Below, piece by piece: positions 32,380 through 41,800 of a DNA stretch of 64,000 nucleotides. Every line of letters begins with the position of its first letter. Within the stretch, counting starts at the first letter, position 1. The translations under genes were made by a program, and so were the position numbers. The DNA is from an uncultured bacterium (GTDB lineage Bacteria; Acidobacteriota; Thermoanaerobaculia; Multivoradales; JAHZIX01). Location: positions 199,867 through 263,866 of the forward strand of contig CBDUPA010000009.1 in assembly GCA_965368975.1 (NCBI GenBank). The letters run 5' to 3'. The notes under the pieces are model-generated. The model was not told where the DNA came from, did no database searches, and worked only from the letters and a program-made list of their open reading frames with translations.

Positions 32380-33489
32380 ATGTCGTCTTTGCCCGAAGGA
32401 CGAGGCATTCGCAACCTTCGCTCCGCGCTCGTGGCGCTCGCAGAGCAGGCCCGGGCCCTCGACCTGGAGAGCTTGGAAGAGTTGACGCCAGCGCAGCTGG
32501 CCGACGAACCCTGCGCCCAAGTGGCCGCCTTGGTCGAGGCAACCATGGCTCAACTCGATCGCCTGGCGGAAGTGGTTCTGCCAACCGATGTCGGTGCGGA
32601 TCACGAGCAAGCCCTGTCGCAGCAGAGCAGCAGCTTTTTCGCCGAGATCCGGCGAGTCAAGGGGGAACAGGGATACCTGCAAGTCGAGCAGATTTCGGAT
32701 CTAGCCTACTTGGCGGCGATGGAGCTTCACCAGCGTCTCGGAGAGCTGAAGTCCCTCGATGCGCGTCGTGATCGGTGGCACCTGCTTGGCAGCCTGGGTA
32801 GTAGTGCCGGCCACGTGATCAAGGTCGTCTCGATCGTCGAGGCCGCCTTGGCCATGCTGGAGGGGGAGCCGGGCCGCCTCGACACCGCCGACCACCTGGA
32901 CCGATCGCTGGAGACCCGGCGCCTCTACGCGCGCTTTCGCCACGCGTTGCAAGACGAAGCCGCGACCGAGACGGACGAGACGTTAGGCCAGCGTTTGCAG
33001 CGAGCGGCCTCGGCGATCGCGCAGCTGGTCGGACGGTCGCTCTACCCGCACCTGCGCATCAACGATCGCATGCACATGCGACGGCTGCAGGAAAGGGTCA
33101 TCGCTTGGTTGCGCGGTGACGGCGAGTCCGACCGCCTGGGCGGCGAACGACTTTGGCGCGATCTGATAGGTTTCGCGGATCTCATCATGGCCGTCAACCG
33201 GCGACACGAACTCGAGGTCCACGACCGCCGTTTGCTGTATCGTCTGCGGCGCGATCTGGCCGCGAGTGCGGCGACCTCACTCTCGACCGACCAGCTGGCG
33301 AACTTGCGCCGACTGTTCGGCCGCAGTGATGACGTGGATCGCCTGCTTCGGGACCGGGAGCCGCACGGTTTGACCCCTGGCCTCGTGATACCGTGGATTG
33401 ACCGCCTACTCTTGGAGCTGGGTGAAAGTCACCACATGGTTCTCGCCGGAATCTTGGATCTCGACAGCACCGAAGTTCCGGGAAAATAG
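32380..33489 (+). CDS. Hypothetical all-alpha protein (369 aa)
   Basis: ATG 32380 directly after the SDR stop; amphipathic helical pattern, no recognisable catalytic motif. Confidence 0.75.
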   Translation: MSSLPEGRGIRNLRSALVALAEQARALDLESLEELTPAQLADEPCAQVAALVEATMAQLDRLAEVVLPTDVGADHEQALSQQSSSFFAEIRRVKGEQGYLQVEQISDLAYLAAMELHQRLGELKSLDARRDRWHLLGSLGSSAGHVIKVVSIVEAALAMLEGEPGRLDTADHLDRSLETRRLYARFRHALQDEAATETDETLGQRLQRAASAIAQLVGRSLYPHLRINDRMHMRRLQERVIAWLRGDGESDRLGGERLWRDLIGFADLIMAVNRRHELEVHDRRLLYRLRRDLAASAATSLSTDQLANLRRLFGRSDDVDRLLRDREPHGLTPGLVIPWIDRLLLELGESHHMVLAGILDLDSTEVPGK

Positions 33490-33586
33490 TGGCTATCCGG
33501 CAGGGCTTCTTGGGCAGGGGAAGTTTCGAAACAAAGAAAGCCCGGGGCGAACGGCCCGGACGTTGAAGACCAAAGAGGTTAACGGT

Positions 33587-33982
33587 ATGAGCGTAGAGTC
33601 AGCAGTCAATCGTGCGATGCAGAACGTGCCGAAGGCAGTGGCGGCCGGCGTTGTGGACATGGGCAGCGGCATGCTACTCAGCATCCGCACCGTCGAGAGT
33701 CACCCGCAGCAAGTGATCGATATCCTGGCTCCGGCGACGCGCGAGCTATTCGAAGGGGACATGGTCACGACCATCGAGAACCTGTTCAAGAAGTCTCGCG
33801 GCGTCGAGAGCGATGATCACTACTTCCAAGAGATCCTGATCTCTTCGACCAATCTCTGGCACTACTTCGGGCGGCTGAAGAACAGCAAGAACTCCGTGTT
33901 GACCGTCGTCACTCGTTCGGATGTCAACATGGGCATGTTCTTGGTCAAGGCGCGGGAAATCATCAACGACGAGACTATCTGA
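33587..33982 (+). CDS. Roadblock/LC7 (MglB-like) domain protein
   Basis: AAGVVDMGSGMLL...FQEILISS...NMGM pattern, 131 aa; GAGG upstream. Confidence 0.65.
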   Translation: MSVESAVNRAMQNVPKAVAAGVVDMGSGMLLSIRTVESHPQQVIDILAPATRELFEGDMVTTIENLFKKSRGVESDDHYFQEILISSTNLWHYFGRLKNSKNSVLTVVTRSDVNMGMFLVKAREIINDETI

Positions 33983-33986
33983 GCGA

Positions 33987-34559
33987 GTGGAAGCCACCAG
34001 CTGGGCGCGCGCCGCCCAGCTTTGCTGCGGCGCCGGTGATCGGACCATCCTGCGGGACTTGACCTTCGAGCTGCCGCAGAATCGAATCACCGTCATCATG
34101 GGCCCGGGAAACGCTGGCAAGAGCACGCTGTTGCGCCTGCTGGCGAGCCAGTTGGCCGATCACGTGGCGGGTCTCTGGCAGACGGGGGACCTGACGGTCG
34201 TGGAACCGGAGGTCGGCTGGCTACGTCAGTACCGGGCCTCCGATCCGCGACCCTTGGCCCCTGCCCGGCTGCAGAGCATCTCGCGGCTGCTCGAAGAGGG
34301 TGCTTCCGCCGTTCTTCTGGACGAGCCGGAAGTCGACTTGACGCGAGAGCAGGAGCAGGAGGTAGTGAACCAGCTCCTGCAGCTGCGTGGTAGCCGCACC
34401 GTTGTGTTGGCCACTCACAATCTGCGCTTCGCACGCGCCATTGCAGACCACGCGATGCTGCTCGACGACGGACGGCTGGTCGAGGCTGGCCCAGCCGATG
34501 TCTTCTTCCACCAGCCGACCCACCCACGGACGCAGTACTACGTGCGCATGGGGAGCTGA
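33987..34559 (+). CDS. Short ABC-type ATPase lacking the signature/helical subdomain
   Basis: Walker A GPGNAGKST, Walker B VLLDEP, H-switch ATHN, PstB/GlnQ-like tail FFHQPTHPRTQYY; no LSGGQ. Confidence 0.75.
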   Translation: MEATSWARAAQLCCGAGDRTILRDLTFELPQNRITVIMGPGNAGKSTLLRLLASQLADHVAGLWQTGDLTVVEPEVGWLRQYRASDPRPLAPARLQSISRLLEEGASAVLLDEPEVDLTREQEQEVVNQLLQLRGSRTVVLATHNLRFARAIADHAMLLDDGRLVEAGPADVFFHQPTHPRTQYYVRMGS

Positions 34560-34583
34560 CGTGCGCCGCCGAAAGAAGACCGG

Positions 34584-35093
34584 ATGAGGCCGCTACCTGA
34601 GTTTCACTGGATCATAGAGAATCGCCTGGCAGGAGCCTCGAAGCCCGGCCTCATGAATCCATTGCACGAAGACCTGGAGTACCTGCGCCAGCGCGGGGTC
34701 GGCGTGATCATCAATCTCACCGAGGTATCGGAGGAAGAGCCGGAAGCCTTCGAGGGATTCACCCTCCGCCACTTTCCGGTGGTCGACATGAGCATCCCAA
34801 CGCCGCGGGCGGCAGCAGAGCTGTGCCAGCAGGTTGCGAGCTGGCTGGCCGCCGGCCAGGCAGTGATGATGCACTGTCATGCTGGCCTCGGGCGCACGGG
34901 AACCCTGCTGGCCTGCATGCTGATTTCTTTTGGCCATACAGCGGACGCGGCGGTGACGGCCATTCGACGTCATTCGCCCAACTACATCCAGTCTCAGGCA
35001 CAGGAAGTCTTCGTGCGCCATTTCGAGACCTTCCAGAGCAGCCACGCTCAGGGAGAGGAAGTCCAGCTGCCGCGGCCGTGGCTGGCAAGGTAG
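34584..35093 (+). CDS. Dual-specificity/PTP-like protein phosphatase
   Basis: HCHAGLGRTG (CX5R), acid loop FPVVDMSIP, IQSQAQ. Confidence 0.9.
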   Translation: MRPLPEFHWIIENRLAGASKPGLMNPLHEDLEYLRQRGVGVIINLTEVSEEEPEAFEGFTLRHFPVVDMSIPTPRAAAELCQQVASWLAAGQAVMMHCHAGLGRTGTLLACMLISFGHTADAAVTAIRRHSPNYIQSQAQEVFVRHFETFQSSHAQGEEVQLPRPWLAR

Positions 35094-35172
35094 CGGCAGC
35101 ATTTGGCGGCTGATGTTCCGCGTTGCAAGGACGAGCGCGATAGAGTGGTAGCGGGAGGGAGGAGTTCCTACG

Positions 35173-36291
35173 ATGGCCGAACAGCACATCGACCCTGCCA
35201 CCGCGACCCCAGCGCGCTACTGGCACCAACTCGACGACGGGCGCATCCAATGTGACCTGTGCCCTCGGTTCTGTCGCCTGGGCGAGGGCCAGCGCGGCCT
35301 CTGTTTCGTCCGCGGACGCCTCGAAGACCGCTTGGTCCTCACCACCTACGGCCGCTCCAGTGGTTTCTGCGTCGATCCGATCGAGAAGAAACCCCTGAGC
35401 CACTTCTTCCCCGGTACCCCGGTGCTCTCCTTCGGCACCGCCGGCTGCAATCTGGCCTGCAAATTCTGCCAGAACTGGGACATCAGCAAGTCACGTGAGA
35501 TCGACACGCTGGCCGACGCGGCCTCACCCGAGCTGATCGCCAGCGCTGCTGAGCGTCTCGGCTGTCGTAGCGTCGCCTTCACCTACAACGATCCGGTGAT
35601 CTTCCTCGAATACGCCGTCGACGTCGCCAAGGCATGCCATGCTCACGGACTCGCAGCGGTGGCGGTCACCGCCGGTGAGATCTGCGCCGAGCCGCGGCGT
35701 GAGTTCTTTGCCCACATGGACGCTGCCAACGTCGACCTCAAAGCCTTCACGGACCGCTTCTACCGTCAGATCTGTGGCGCCTCACTACAGCCGGTACTCG
35801 ACACCCTGGTCTACCTGAAGCACGAGACGGAGGTTTGGCTGGAGTTGACGACCCTCCTGATCCCGGGCGAGAACGACAGCGACGAAGAACTCGACGCCAT
35901 GACGCATTGGGTGGTCGGTGAGTTGGGCTCGGACGTGCCGATGCACTTCAGTGCCTTCCACCCGGACTGGAAAATGCTCGACAAGCCTGCCACGCCCATC
36001 GAAACCCTGCAGCGTGCCCGCCGCATCGCGCAGGGCAATGGCGTGCGCTACGCCTACGTGGGCAATGTGCACGACGAAGACGGGGACAGCACCTACTGCC
36101 ACAGCTGCGGCCAGCGGGTGATCGGCCGCGACTGGTACGTGCTGACGTCCTGGGATCTCGATTCCCAAGGGAAGTGCCAGCACTGCGGTACGCAGGTGGC
36201 CGGCCGTTTCGACGGGCCGCCCGGAACCTGGGGCGCGCGCCGCCAGCCGGTGCGCTTGGCAGATTTCGACGCGGGTGCCACTCCTGTTTGA
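35173..36291 (+). CDS. amrS: AmmeMemoRadiSam system radical SAM enzyme
   Basis: QCDLCPRFC, DPIEKKPL, CNLACKFCQNWDIS, AFTYNDP, YAYVGNV. Confidence 0.9.
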   Translation: MAEQHIDPATATPARYWHQLDDGRIQCDLCPRFCRLGEGQRGLCFVRGRLEDRLVLTTYGRSSGFCVDPIEKKPLSHFFPGTPVLSFGTAGCNLACKFCQNWDISKSREIDTLADAASPELIASAAERLGCRSVAFTYNDPVIFLEYAVDVAKACHAHGLAAVAVTAGEICAEPRREFFAHMDAANVDLKAFTDRFYRQICGASLQPVLDTLVYLKHETEVWLELTTLLIPGENDSDEELDAMTHWVVGELGSDVPMHFSAFHPDWKMLDKPATPIETLQRARRIAQGNGVRYAYVGNVHDEDGDSTYCHSCGQRVIGRDWYVLTSWDLDSQGKCQHCGTQVAGRFDGPPGTWGARRQPVRLADFDAGATPV

Positions 36292-36318
36292 TGTGCTCCC
36301 GCGTGACGGTGTCTCGGC

Positions 36319-38979
36319 GTGAGTCGCTCGGCTCGTAGCAAGAGCGCTCTGCCGATCGACGCGCTGTTGCCGCGGGTCGAGGAGATCCTGCGGTCTCACA
36401 AGTGCCTGGTGCTACGTGCCGCTACCGGTGCCGGCAAGACCACGCGCGTGCCGCCGACAGTCCTGGCGGCACTGCAGGCCCAAGGTATCGATGGCCGAGT
36501 GATCATGCTCGAACCGCGCCGCATCGCCGCGCGCGCCGCCGCGCGTCGCATCGCGGTCGAGCACGGCTGGAGTGTTGGTGAGGAGGTCGGCTACCAGGTG
36601 CGCTTCGAGCGTCGCAGCAGTGCCTCAACGCGCATCCTGGTGGTCACCGAGGGAATCCTGGTGCGACAGCTGCAGGAGGATCCCTTTCTGGAAGGAGTCG
36701 CGGCGCTGATCTTCGACGAATTCCATGAGCGACGCTTGGACAGCGACCTGGCTCTCGCCCTGGCGCGCCGCGTGCAGACCGAGGTGCGCCCCGAGCTGCG
36801 GCTGGTCGTCATGTCCGCGACTCTCGACGCCGGTCCGGTCGCCGCCTTCCTCGGCGACTGCCCGCGACTCGAAAGCGCCGGCCGTAGCTTTCCGGTGCAG
36901 GTGGACTACCTGCCGCGTCCGCCGGAAGAGCCGCTACGTCGCAGTCCCCAGCTGGTGGCCGCGGGAGTGCGACGGCTTCTGGGCGACGAACGCCTGCAAG
37001 AAGAAGGCGGTGCGGGCGATCTGTTGGCCTTTCTCCCCGGAGTCGGTGAGATCCGCCGCTGCGCGGACTTGCTCGCGGACACGGTGGGCAGCGATCCAGC
37101 TCTTGTCTTACAGCCGCTCTACGGCGATCTGCCGGGGGAGCAGCAGGATGCGGCACTGCGCCCCGACCCGCGGGGGCGCCGGCGCATCGTACTGGCCACC
37201 AACGTCGCGGAGAGTTCGGTCACCGTCGAGGGCATTGCTGGGGTGGTCGACAGCGGCCTCGCCCGCTCCCTGCGCTACGACCCGGCCAGTGGTCTCGACC
37301 GCCTGCAGCTGGGCCGCATCAGCCAGGCATCCGCCGAGCAGCGGCGCGGCCGAGCGGGTCGCCAGCGCGAGGGTGTCTGCCTGCGTCTGTGGAGCGAGTT
37401 CGAGCACCAGGGTCTGCCGGCGCACGACACCCCAGAGATCCGCCGCGTCGACCTGGCGGGCCCAGCGCTGCAGCTGCTCGCCTGGGGCGAGGATCCCGCC
37501 GACTTCGCTTGGTATCAGTCGCCCGAAGGCGCGGCAATCGCTGCGGCCCGCGACCTCCTCTACCGGCTCGGCGCCCTTGATGGTCCTTCCAGCACCGGCC
37601 TGACGCCGCTGGGCCGCGCCCTGGTTCGTTTGCCGTTGCCCCCCCGCCTGGGGCGCTTACTGCTGGCATGCCACGGCTGGGGCTATACCGATGGCGGCGC
37701 CCTGCTCGCCGCGTTGCTCGCCGAGCGGCCACCGTTCCGGCGGCGCAGCTCGAAAGGGTCGCTGCCGCATGGCGTCGAGGAGCGCCCGGTGCCGGCGAGC
37801 GAGTCCGACCTGCTCGACCGCCTGGACGTGTTGCGCCGCTTTGCGCGCAGCGGCCGCGACCCGGGGTCCCCACAGGGCCCATTGCTCCTGGGCCGGGCGC
37901 GGCAGGTTCTGCGGGCCGCTGATCAACTGGCAATGCTCGTGCGCCGGGACAGCCAGCTGGCATCTACCGAGTCTTGGGCCGCGGACGAGCAGCGCCCGAG
38001 CAGCGAGGAAGAGGCACTGAGCCGCGCCCTGCTCGCCGCCTTTCCGGACCGCCTCGTACGGCGCCGGCCCGAGGACCCTGAGCGCGGCGTCATGCTCGGT
38101 GGCCGCGGCGTGCGCTTGGCTGCCGAGAGCGGCCTGCGGTCCTTGACCGACAACCCGTTGTTTGTCGCGGTCGAGCTGACCGAGGGACGGCACGCCGAAG
38201 CCCTGGTGCGCCAGGCATCGGCCGTGCGGCTCGCATGGCTGGCACCACGTTTCCTGGATACCCGTGAGGACGTCGCCTTCGACACCGAGCGCCAGCGCGT
38301 GCTGGCCACCCGCCGCACCATCTGGCAGGACTTGGTGATCGACGAGGTCGCGTGCCCGGTGAGCGATGGCGAGCAGGCAGCAAGCGTGCTGGCTGCCGCC
38401 GCGCGGGAGGCCCTGCAAGAGGCCCTGCCGCTCGATGATCCGGACGTCGCGGGCTTCTTGACCCGCCTTCGCTGCCTGGCCGATTGGCGGCCCGAACTGC
38501 AACTACCGCGCTTCGACCAGGATGAGCTGCGCGAGCTGCTACCCACGCTGTGCAGCGGCAAACGCAGCTTCGCGGAGTTGCGGCGGGTGCCGCTGCTCGA
38601 GGTGCTGGAAGGAGGGCTTGACTGGCCGCAGCGCCAGGCGCTCGACTGCGACGCCCCGGAACGCCTGCCCTTGCCCAGCGGCAGCAAGGTTCGCCTACAG
38701 TACGAGGAGGGCAAACCGCCCGTCTTGGCGGCGCGCATCCAGGAACTCTTCGGCCTGGGCGAAACGCCACGGGTGGCCGGCGGAAAGGTGCCGGTGCTGC
38801 TGCACCTGCTGGCGCCCAACATGCGCCCGCAGCAAGTCACGGAAGATCTGGAAAGCTTCTGGCACAACACCTATCCGCTGGTGCGCAAGGAACTGCAGGG
38901 CCGGTACCCCAAGCACGCCTGGCCCGAGGATCCGTGGACCGCGCCGCCGGAACGCCGGCCGCAACGGCGACGGAAATAG
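36319..38979 (+). CDS. hrpB: ATP-dependent helicase HrpB
   Basis: GAGKTT, DEFHER, MSATL, ATNVAESS, QRRGRAGR, GRYPKHAWPEDP. Confidence 0.96.
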   Translation: MSRSARSKSALPIDALLPRVEEILRSHKCLVLRAATGAGKTTRVPPTVLAALQAQGIDGRVIMLEPRRIAARAAARRIAVEHGWSVGEEVGYQVRFERRSSASTRILVVTEGILVRQLQEDPFLEGVAALIFDEFHERRLDSDLALALARRVQTEVRPELRLVVMSATLDAGPVAAFLGDCPRLESAGRSFPVQVDYLPRPPEEPLRRSPQLVAAGVRRLLGDERLQEEGGAGDLLAFLPGVGEIRRCADLLADTVGSDPALVLQPLYGDLPGEQQDAALRPDPRGRRRIVLATNVAESSVTVEGIAGVVDSGLARSLRYDPASGLDRLQLGRISQASAEQRRGRAGRQREGVCLRLWSEFEHQGLPAHDTPEIRRVDLAGPALQLLAWGEDPADFAWYQSPEGAAIAAARDLLYRLGALDGPSSTGLTPLGRALVRLPLPPRLGRLLLACHGWGYTDGGALLAALLAERPPFRRRSSKGSLPHGVEERPVPASESDLLDRLDVLRRFARSGRDPGSPQGPLLLGRARQVLRAADQLAMLVRRDSQLASTESWAADEQRPSSEEEALSRALLAAFPDRLVRRRPEDPERGVMLGGRGVRLAAESGLRSLTDNPLFVAVELTEGRHAEALVRQASAVRLAWLAPRFLDTREDVAFDTERQRVLATRRTIWQDLVIDEVACPVSDGEQAASVLAAAAREALQEALPLDDPDVAGFLTRLRCLADWRPELQLPRFDQDELRELLPTLCSGKRSFAELRRVPLLEVLEGGLDWPQRQALDCDAPERLPLPSGSKVRLQYEEGKPPVLAARIQELFGLGETPRVAGGKVPVLLHLLAPNMRPQQVTEDLESFWHNTYPLVRKELQGRYPKHAWPEDPWTAPPERRPQRRRK

Positions 38980-39040
38980 AAAGCCGGATGCGGCTGCGCC
39001 GCCGGGCGGCCACACGGGGCCCCAACCCAGAAAGAGGCCC

Positions 39041-41800
39041 CTAGAAGATCTCGAGTTGCCCTAGCTTTGAAGTGTCGGCCTTCGGCTCTTGTGTCTGCGT
39101 CGCCTCCTGCGGTTTCGCCGCCCGTTGGACCGCCGCGAAACCGGGTCGCGACGCCCCTTGCCGGACGATTGTCGCACCGCTGGCGGGGTCTTTGTCCAGC
39201 ACGATCAGGTCGTCGACACGCTGGCGGATGTCCGGCACGTGGCTGACCAACGTCACCAGGCGGTCCGGCGCGTCGCTGTTGCCTCCTTCCGACGCCAGGC
39301 GCTCGATGCCTTCGAGGGCCAGGTCCAGGTGCTCGGGATCCAGGCTGCCGAAGCCTTCGTCGAGAAAGAACGCATCGAGACGACCACCGCGGCCGGCGAC
39401 CTTCTCGGCTAGCGCCAGCGCCAATGCCAGCGAGGCCAGGAAGGTCTCGCCACCGGAGAGGGTGCGCGCGTCTCGTTCGGCTTCGGCGTAAGCCAGGTCG
39501 ACGATGTGCATCTCACCGTCGTCGGTGAAGCGGTAGCGGCCGTCGGTGAGCATTTCCAGGCGAGCGCTAGCCACCCGCGCCAGCGCCACGCGCTCCTCTT
39601 CCAGCAGGTAGGTCAGGAAGCGCGAGGGCTGCAGATCTTCGGCCAGTTGCCGGTACAGGTCGTGCCGGGCGCGTACCTGCCGCAGCTGCTCCCGCAGTTC
39701 CCGAGCACGCTGTAGCCGCCGTTCGAGATCCTCGGCAGACGTGCGCTGCCGCACCACGTCACCGCGCGCCTGTTGCAGGGCCGCGTCGAAGTCGGCGTCG
39801 GCGGCAAGCTGCAGGTCGGCGAGCTGCCGCCGGCGCTCGGTCGTCAAATTGTCGAGACGCTCGGCCGCGGTCTCGGCGTCGGTCCGCGCGGCCTGGCGTG
39901 CTTGCTGCAACCGCTCGCGCAGCTGGCGGTCGAGACTGCGCAGCGGTGAGCCGGCACTCTGCTCCTCTGCAGGGTCCTCGCCGGTCAGCAGGTCGTGGCC
40001 GGCGGGTTCTCTGGCCAGCTGACCGGACAGCGTCGCTAGCCGCCGGGCCACCTCGTCGCGTTGGCTACGTGCCTCTTCGCGCCGCAGACTCGCCGTCTCG
40101 ACCGCAGCGGCGGCACCCTCTTCGGCGGATTCCGCATCGTGCAGCTGCCGCGCCGCCGCCGCCACGCGTTGCCGAGCGTCGCGCAGCTGCAGCGTGGGAT
40201 CGCCGTCACCGAGCTGTTCGGTGAGCAAGCGCTCTTCTCGCGCGCACTCTTCCGCCGCCACTTCGGCATCGCGGCTCGCCTCCTGGCGGCGCAGCTCTGT
40301 GCTCTCCACATCGCGCCGCGCGGTGGCGGCGCTCTGCCGGGCGAGCTCGGCCTCGCGCTGCGCGTCGGCGGCCGCCTGTTGGTGCTGCCGGCTGTGCAGG
40401 CGCTGCCGCGCGAGAGCTTCCTCAGCGGTCTTCAGCTCGTCTTCGGCGTGCCGCACCGTGCTGGCTTGTCGTGGCTCGTCTGTTTGGGCTATTCCTTGAG
40501 GTGCTTCGCTCTGCAACTGGCGCAGCACCTCCACCGGCACCTCTCGCTCGCAGACCGGGCAGGGTTCCCCGGGCTCCAGGCGGTGGCGCAGCGTGCAGGC
40601 CATCTCGGCACGGTGGGCGGCGTCGAGGGTCTGGCGTGCTTGCAGCACGGCTGCTTCCGCCTGCCGCTCAGCGTCTTCCTGCGTGGTCACTTCGGCCGCC
40701 GCCTGCTGCGCCTTGTGCTCGGCCGCCTGCGCGCGCTGGTGGCCGTCGTGTGCCTGCTGGCGGGCTTCGGTGACCGCCGCGTGCAGGCGCTCAGTCAGGT
40801 CTTGCAGCTGCTGCAACCGGGTCTGCGCTTGCTGTAGTGCGTCCAGCCGGGCTTCGGCTCGCGCGAGATCTGCTTCCGAGCCGACCTCGCGCTCTAGCGA
40901 CGCCTTCAGCTCGCGCGCGGCTGTACGTTGGCGCCGCGCCTCCGTCCACGCTTCCTGTGCCGCCTCCCGCTCGGCGGTAGCGGCGGCGAGACCTTCGAGC
41001 GCGGCGCTGACGTCCGCGGCCGGAGGTAGCTGCTTCTCGAGGCGCGCCAGCTCGCCGCGTCGCGCCTCGGCCGCCGCCTGCGCTTCGCGTGCCTGCTGCC
41101 GCTGCTCGTGCAAGCGCGCCATGGTCTCGGCGCCTGCCTCGAGTTCCGCCTGCCGCACCTCGGCCGCCGCCAGCGCTAGGCGCGTTCGCGCCAAGCGTTG
41201 CTTGTCGTCCTCGAGTTCCGCCAAACGCACTTCCAGGCCGCGCACCTCGGCCTCTGCGGTCTGTGCTCGCTGGCGCGCACGGGCGCGCATGTCATCCAGG
41301 CGGTCGAAGCCGAACAAGCCCTTGAGCACCTCGTCGCGCTCGCGGGTCGAGGCTTCGAGGAACTCGGCGAAGCGGTTCTGAGCCAGGAAGACGGAGCGGC
41401 AGAAAGCCCCGAAGTCGAGGCCGAGAAGCTGTTCGACGCGCGCCGTCACCTCGCGTTCCTTGTCCAGAGTCTCGACCACCGTTTCGCCGTCCAGCCGGCT
41501 CAGAGTGTGCTTGTTGGCACCCTTGCGACGCAGCACGCGCACCGCCCACCATGTCTGCCCGTCGACCACGAAGCCCAGCTCGACCCGCGCTTGATCACAG
41601 CCATGGCGGATCAGCGGTGCGTTCTCGGCGCTGAGCACCGGCGTACGGCCGTAGAGGGCGAAGGCGATGGCGTCGAGGAGCGACGACTTGCCACTGCCGA
41701 TCGGTCCCACCACCGCCACCAGGCGGCGGCCGCGCCAGTCGAAGGTCACGCGCTGCTGGTACGACCGGAACCCCTCGAGGGTCAGCTCAAGTGGACGCAT
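39041..41800 (-). CDS. sbcC: SbcC/Rad50 SMC-like ATPase
   Basis: GPIGSGKSS, LAQNRF, CPVC zinc hook, coiled coils, LSGGETF, FLDEGFG. Confidence 0.92.
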   Translation of the reverse strand: MRPLELTLEGFRSYQQRVTFDWRGRRLVAVVGPIGSGKSSLLDAIAFALYGRTPVLSAENAPLIRHGCDQARVELGFVVDGQTWWAVRVLRRKGANKHTLSRLDGETVVETLDKEREVTARVEQLLGLDFGAFCRSVFLAQNRFAEFLEASTRERDEVLKGLFGFDRLDDMRARARQRAQTAEAEVRGLEVRLAELEDDKQRLARTRLALAAAEVRQAELEAGAETMARLHEQRQQAREAQAAAEARRGELARLEKQLPPAADVSAALEGLAAATAEREAAQEAWTEARRQRTAARELKASLEREVGSEADLARAEARLDALQQAQTRLQQLQDLTERLHAAVTEARQQAHDGHQRAQAAEHKAQQAAAEVTTQEDAERQAEAAVLQARQTLDAAHRAEMACTLRHRLEPGEPCPVCEREVPVEVLRQLQSEAPQGIAQTDEPRQASTVRHAEDELKTAEEALARQRLHSRQHQQAAADAQREAELARQSAATARRDVESTELRRQEASRDAEVAAEECAREERLLTEQLGDGDPTLQLRDARQRVAAAARQLHDAESAEEGAAAAVETASLRREEARSQRDEVARRLATLSGQLAREPAGHDLLTGEDPAEEQSAGSPLRSLDRQLRERLQQARQAARTDAETAAERLDNLTTERRRQLADLQLAADADFDAALQQARGDVVRQRTSAEDLERRLQRARELREQLRQVRARHDLYRQLAEDLQPSRFLTYLLEEERVALARVASARLEMLTDGRYRFTDDGEMHIVDLAYAEAERDARTLSGGETFLASLALALALAEKVAGRGGRLDAFFLDEGFGSLDPEHLDLALEGIERLASEGGNSDAPDRLVTLVSHVPDIRQRVDDLIVLDKDPASGATIVRQGASRPGFAAVQRAAKPQEATQTQEPKADTSKLGQLEIF

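Noticed and set aside
33987-34559. pstB assignment
   Set aside because: Tail resembles PstB/GlnQ, but the signature motif and pstSCA genes are absent
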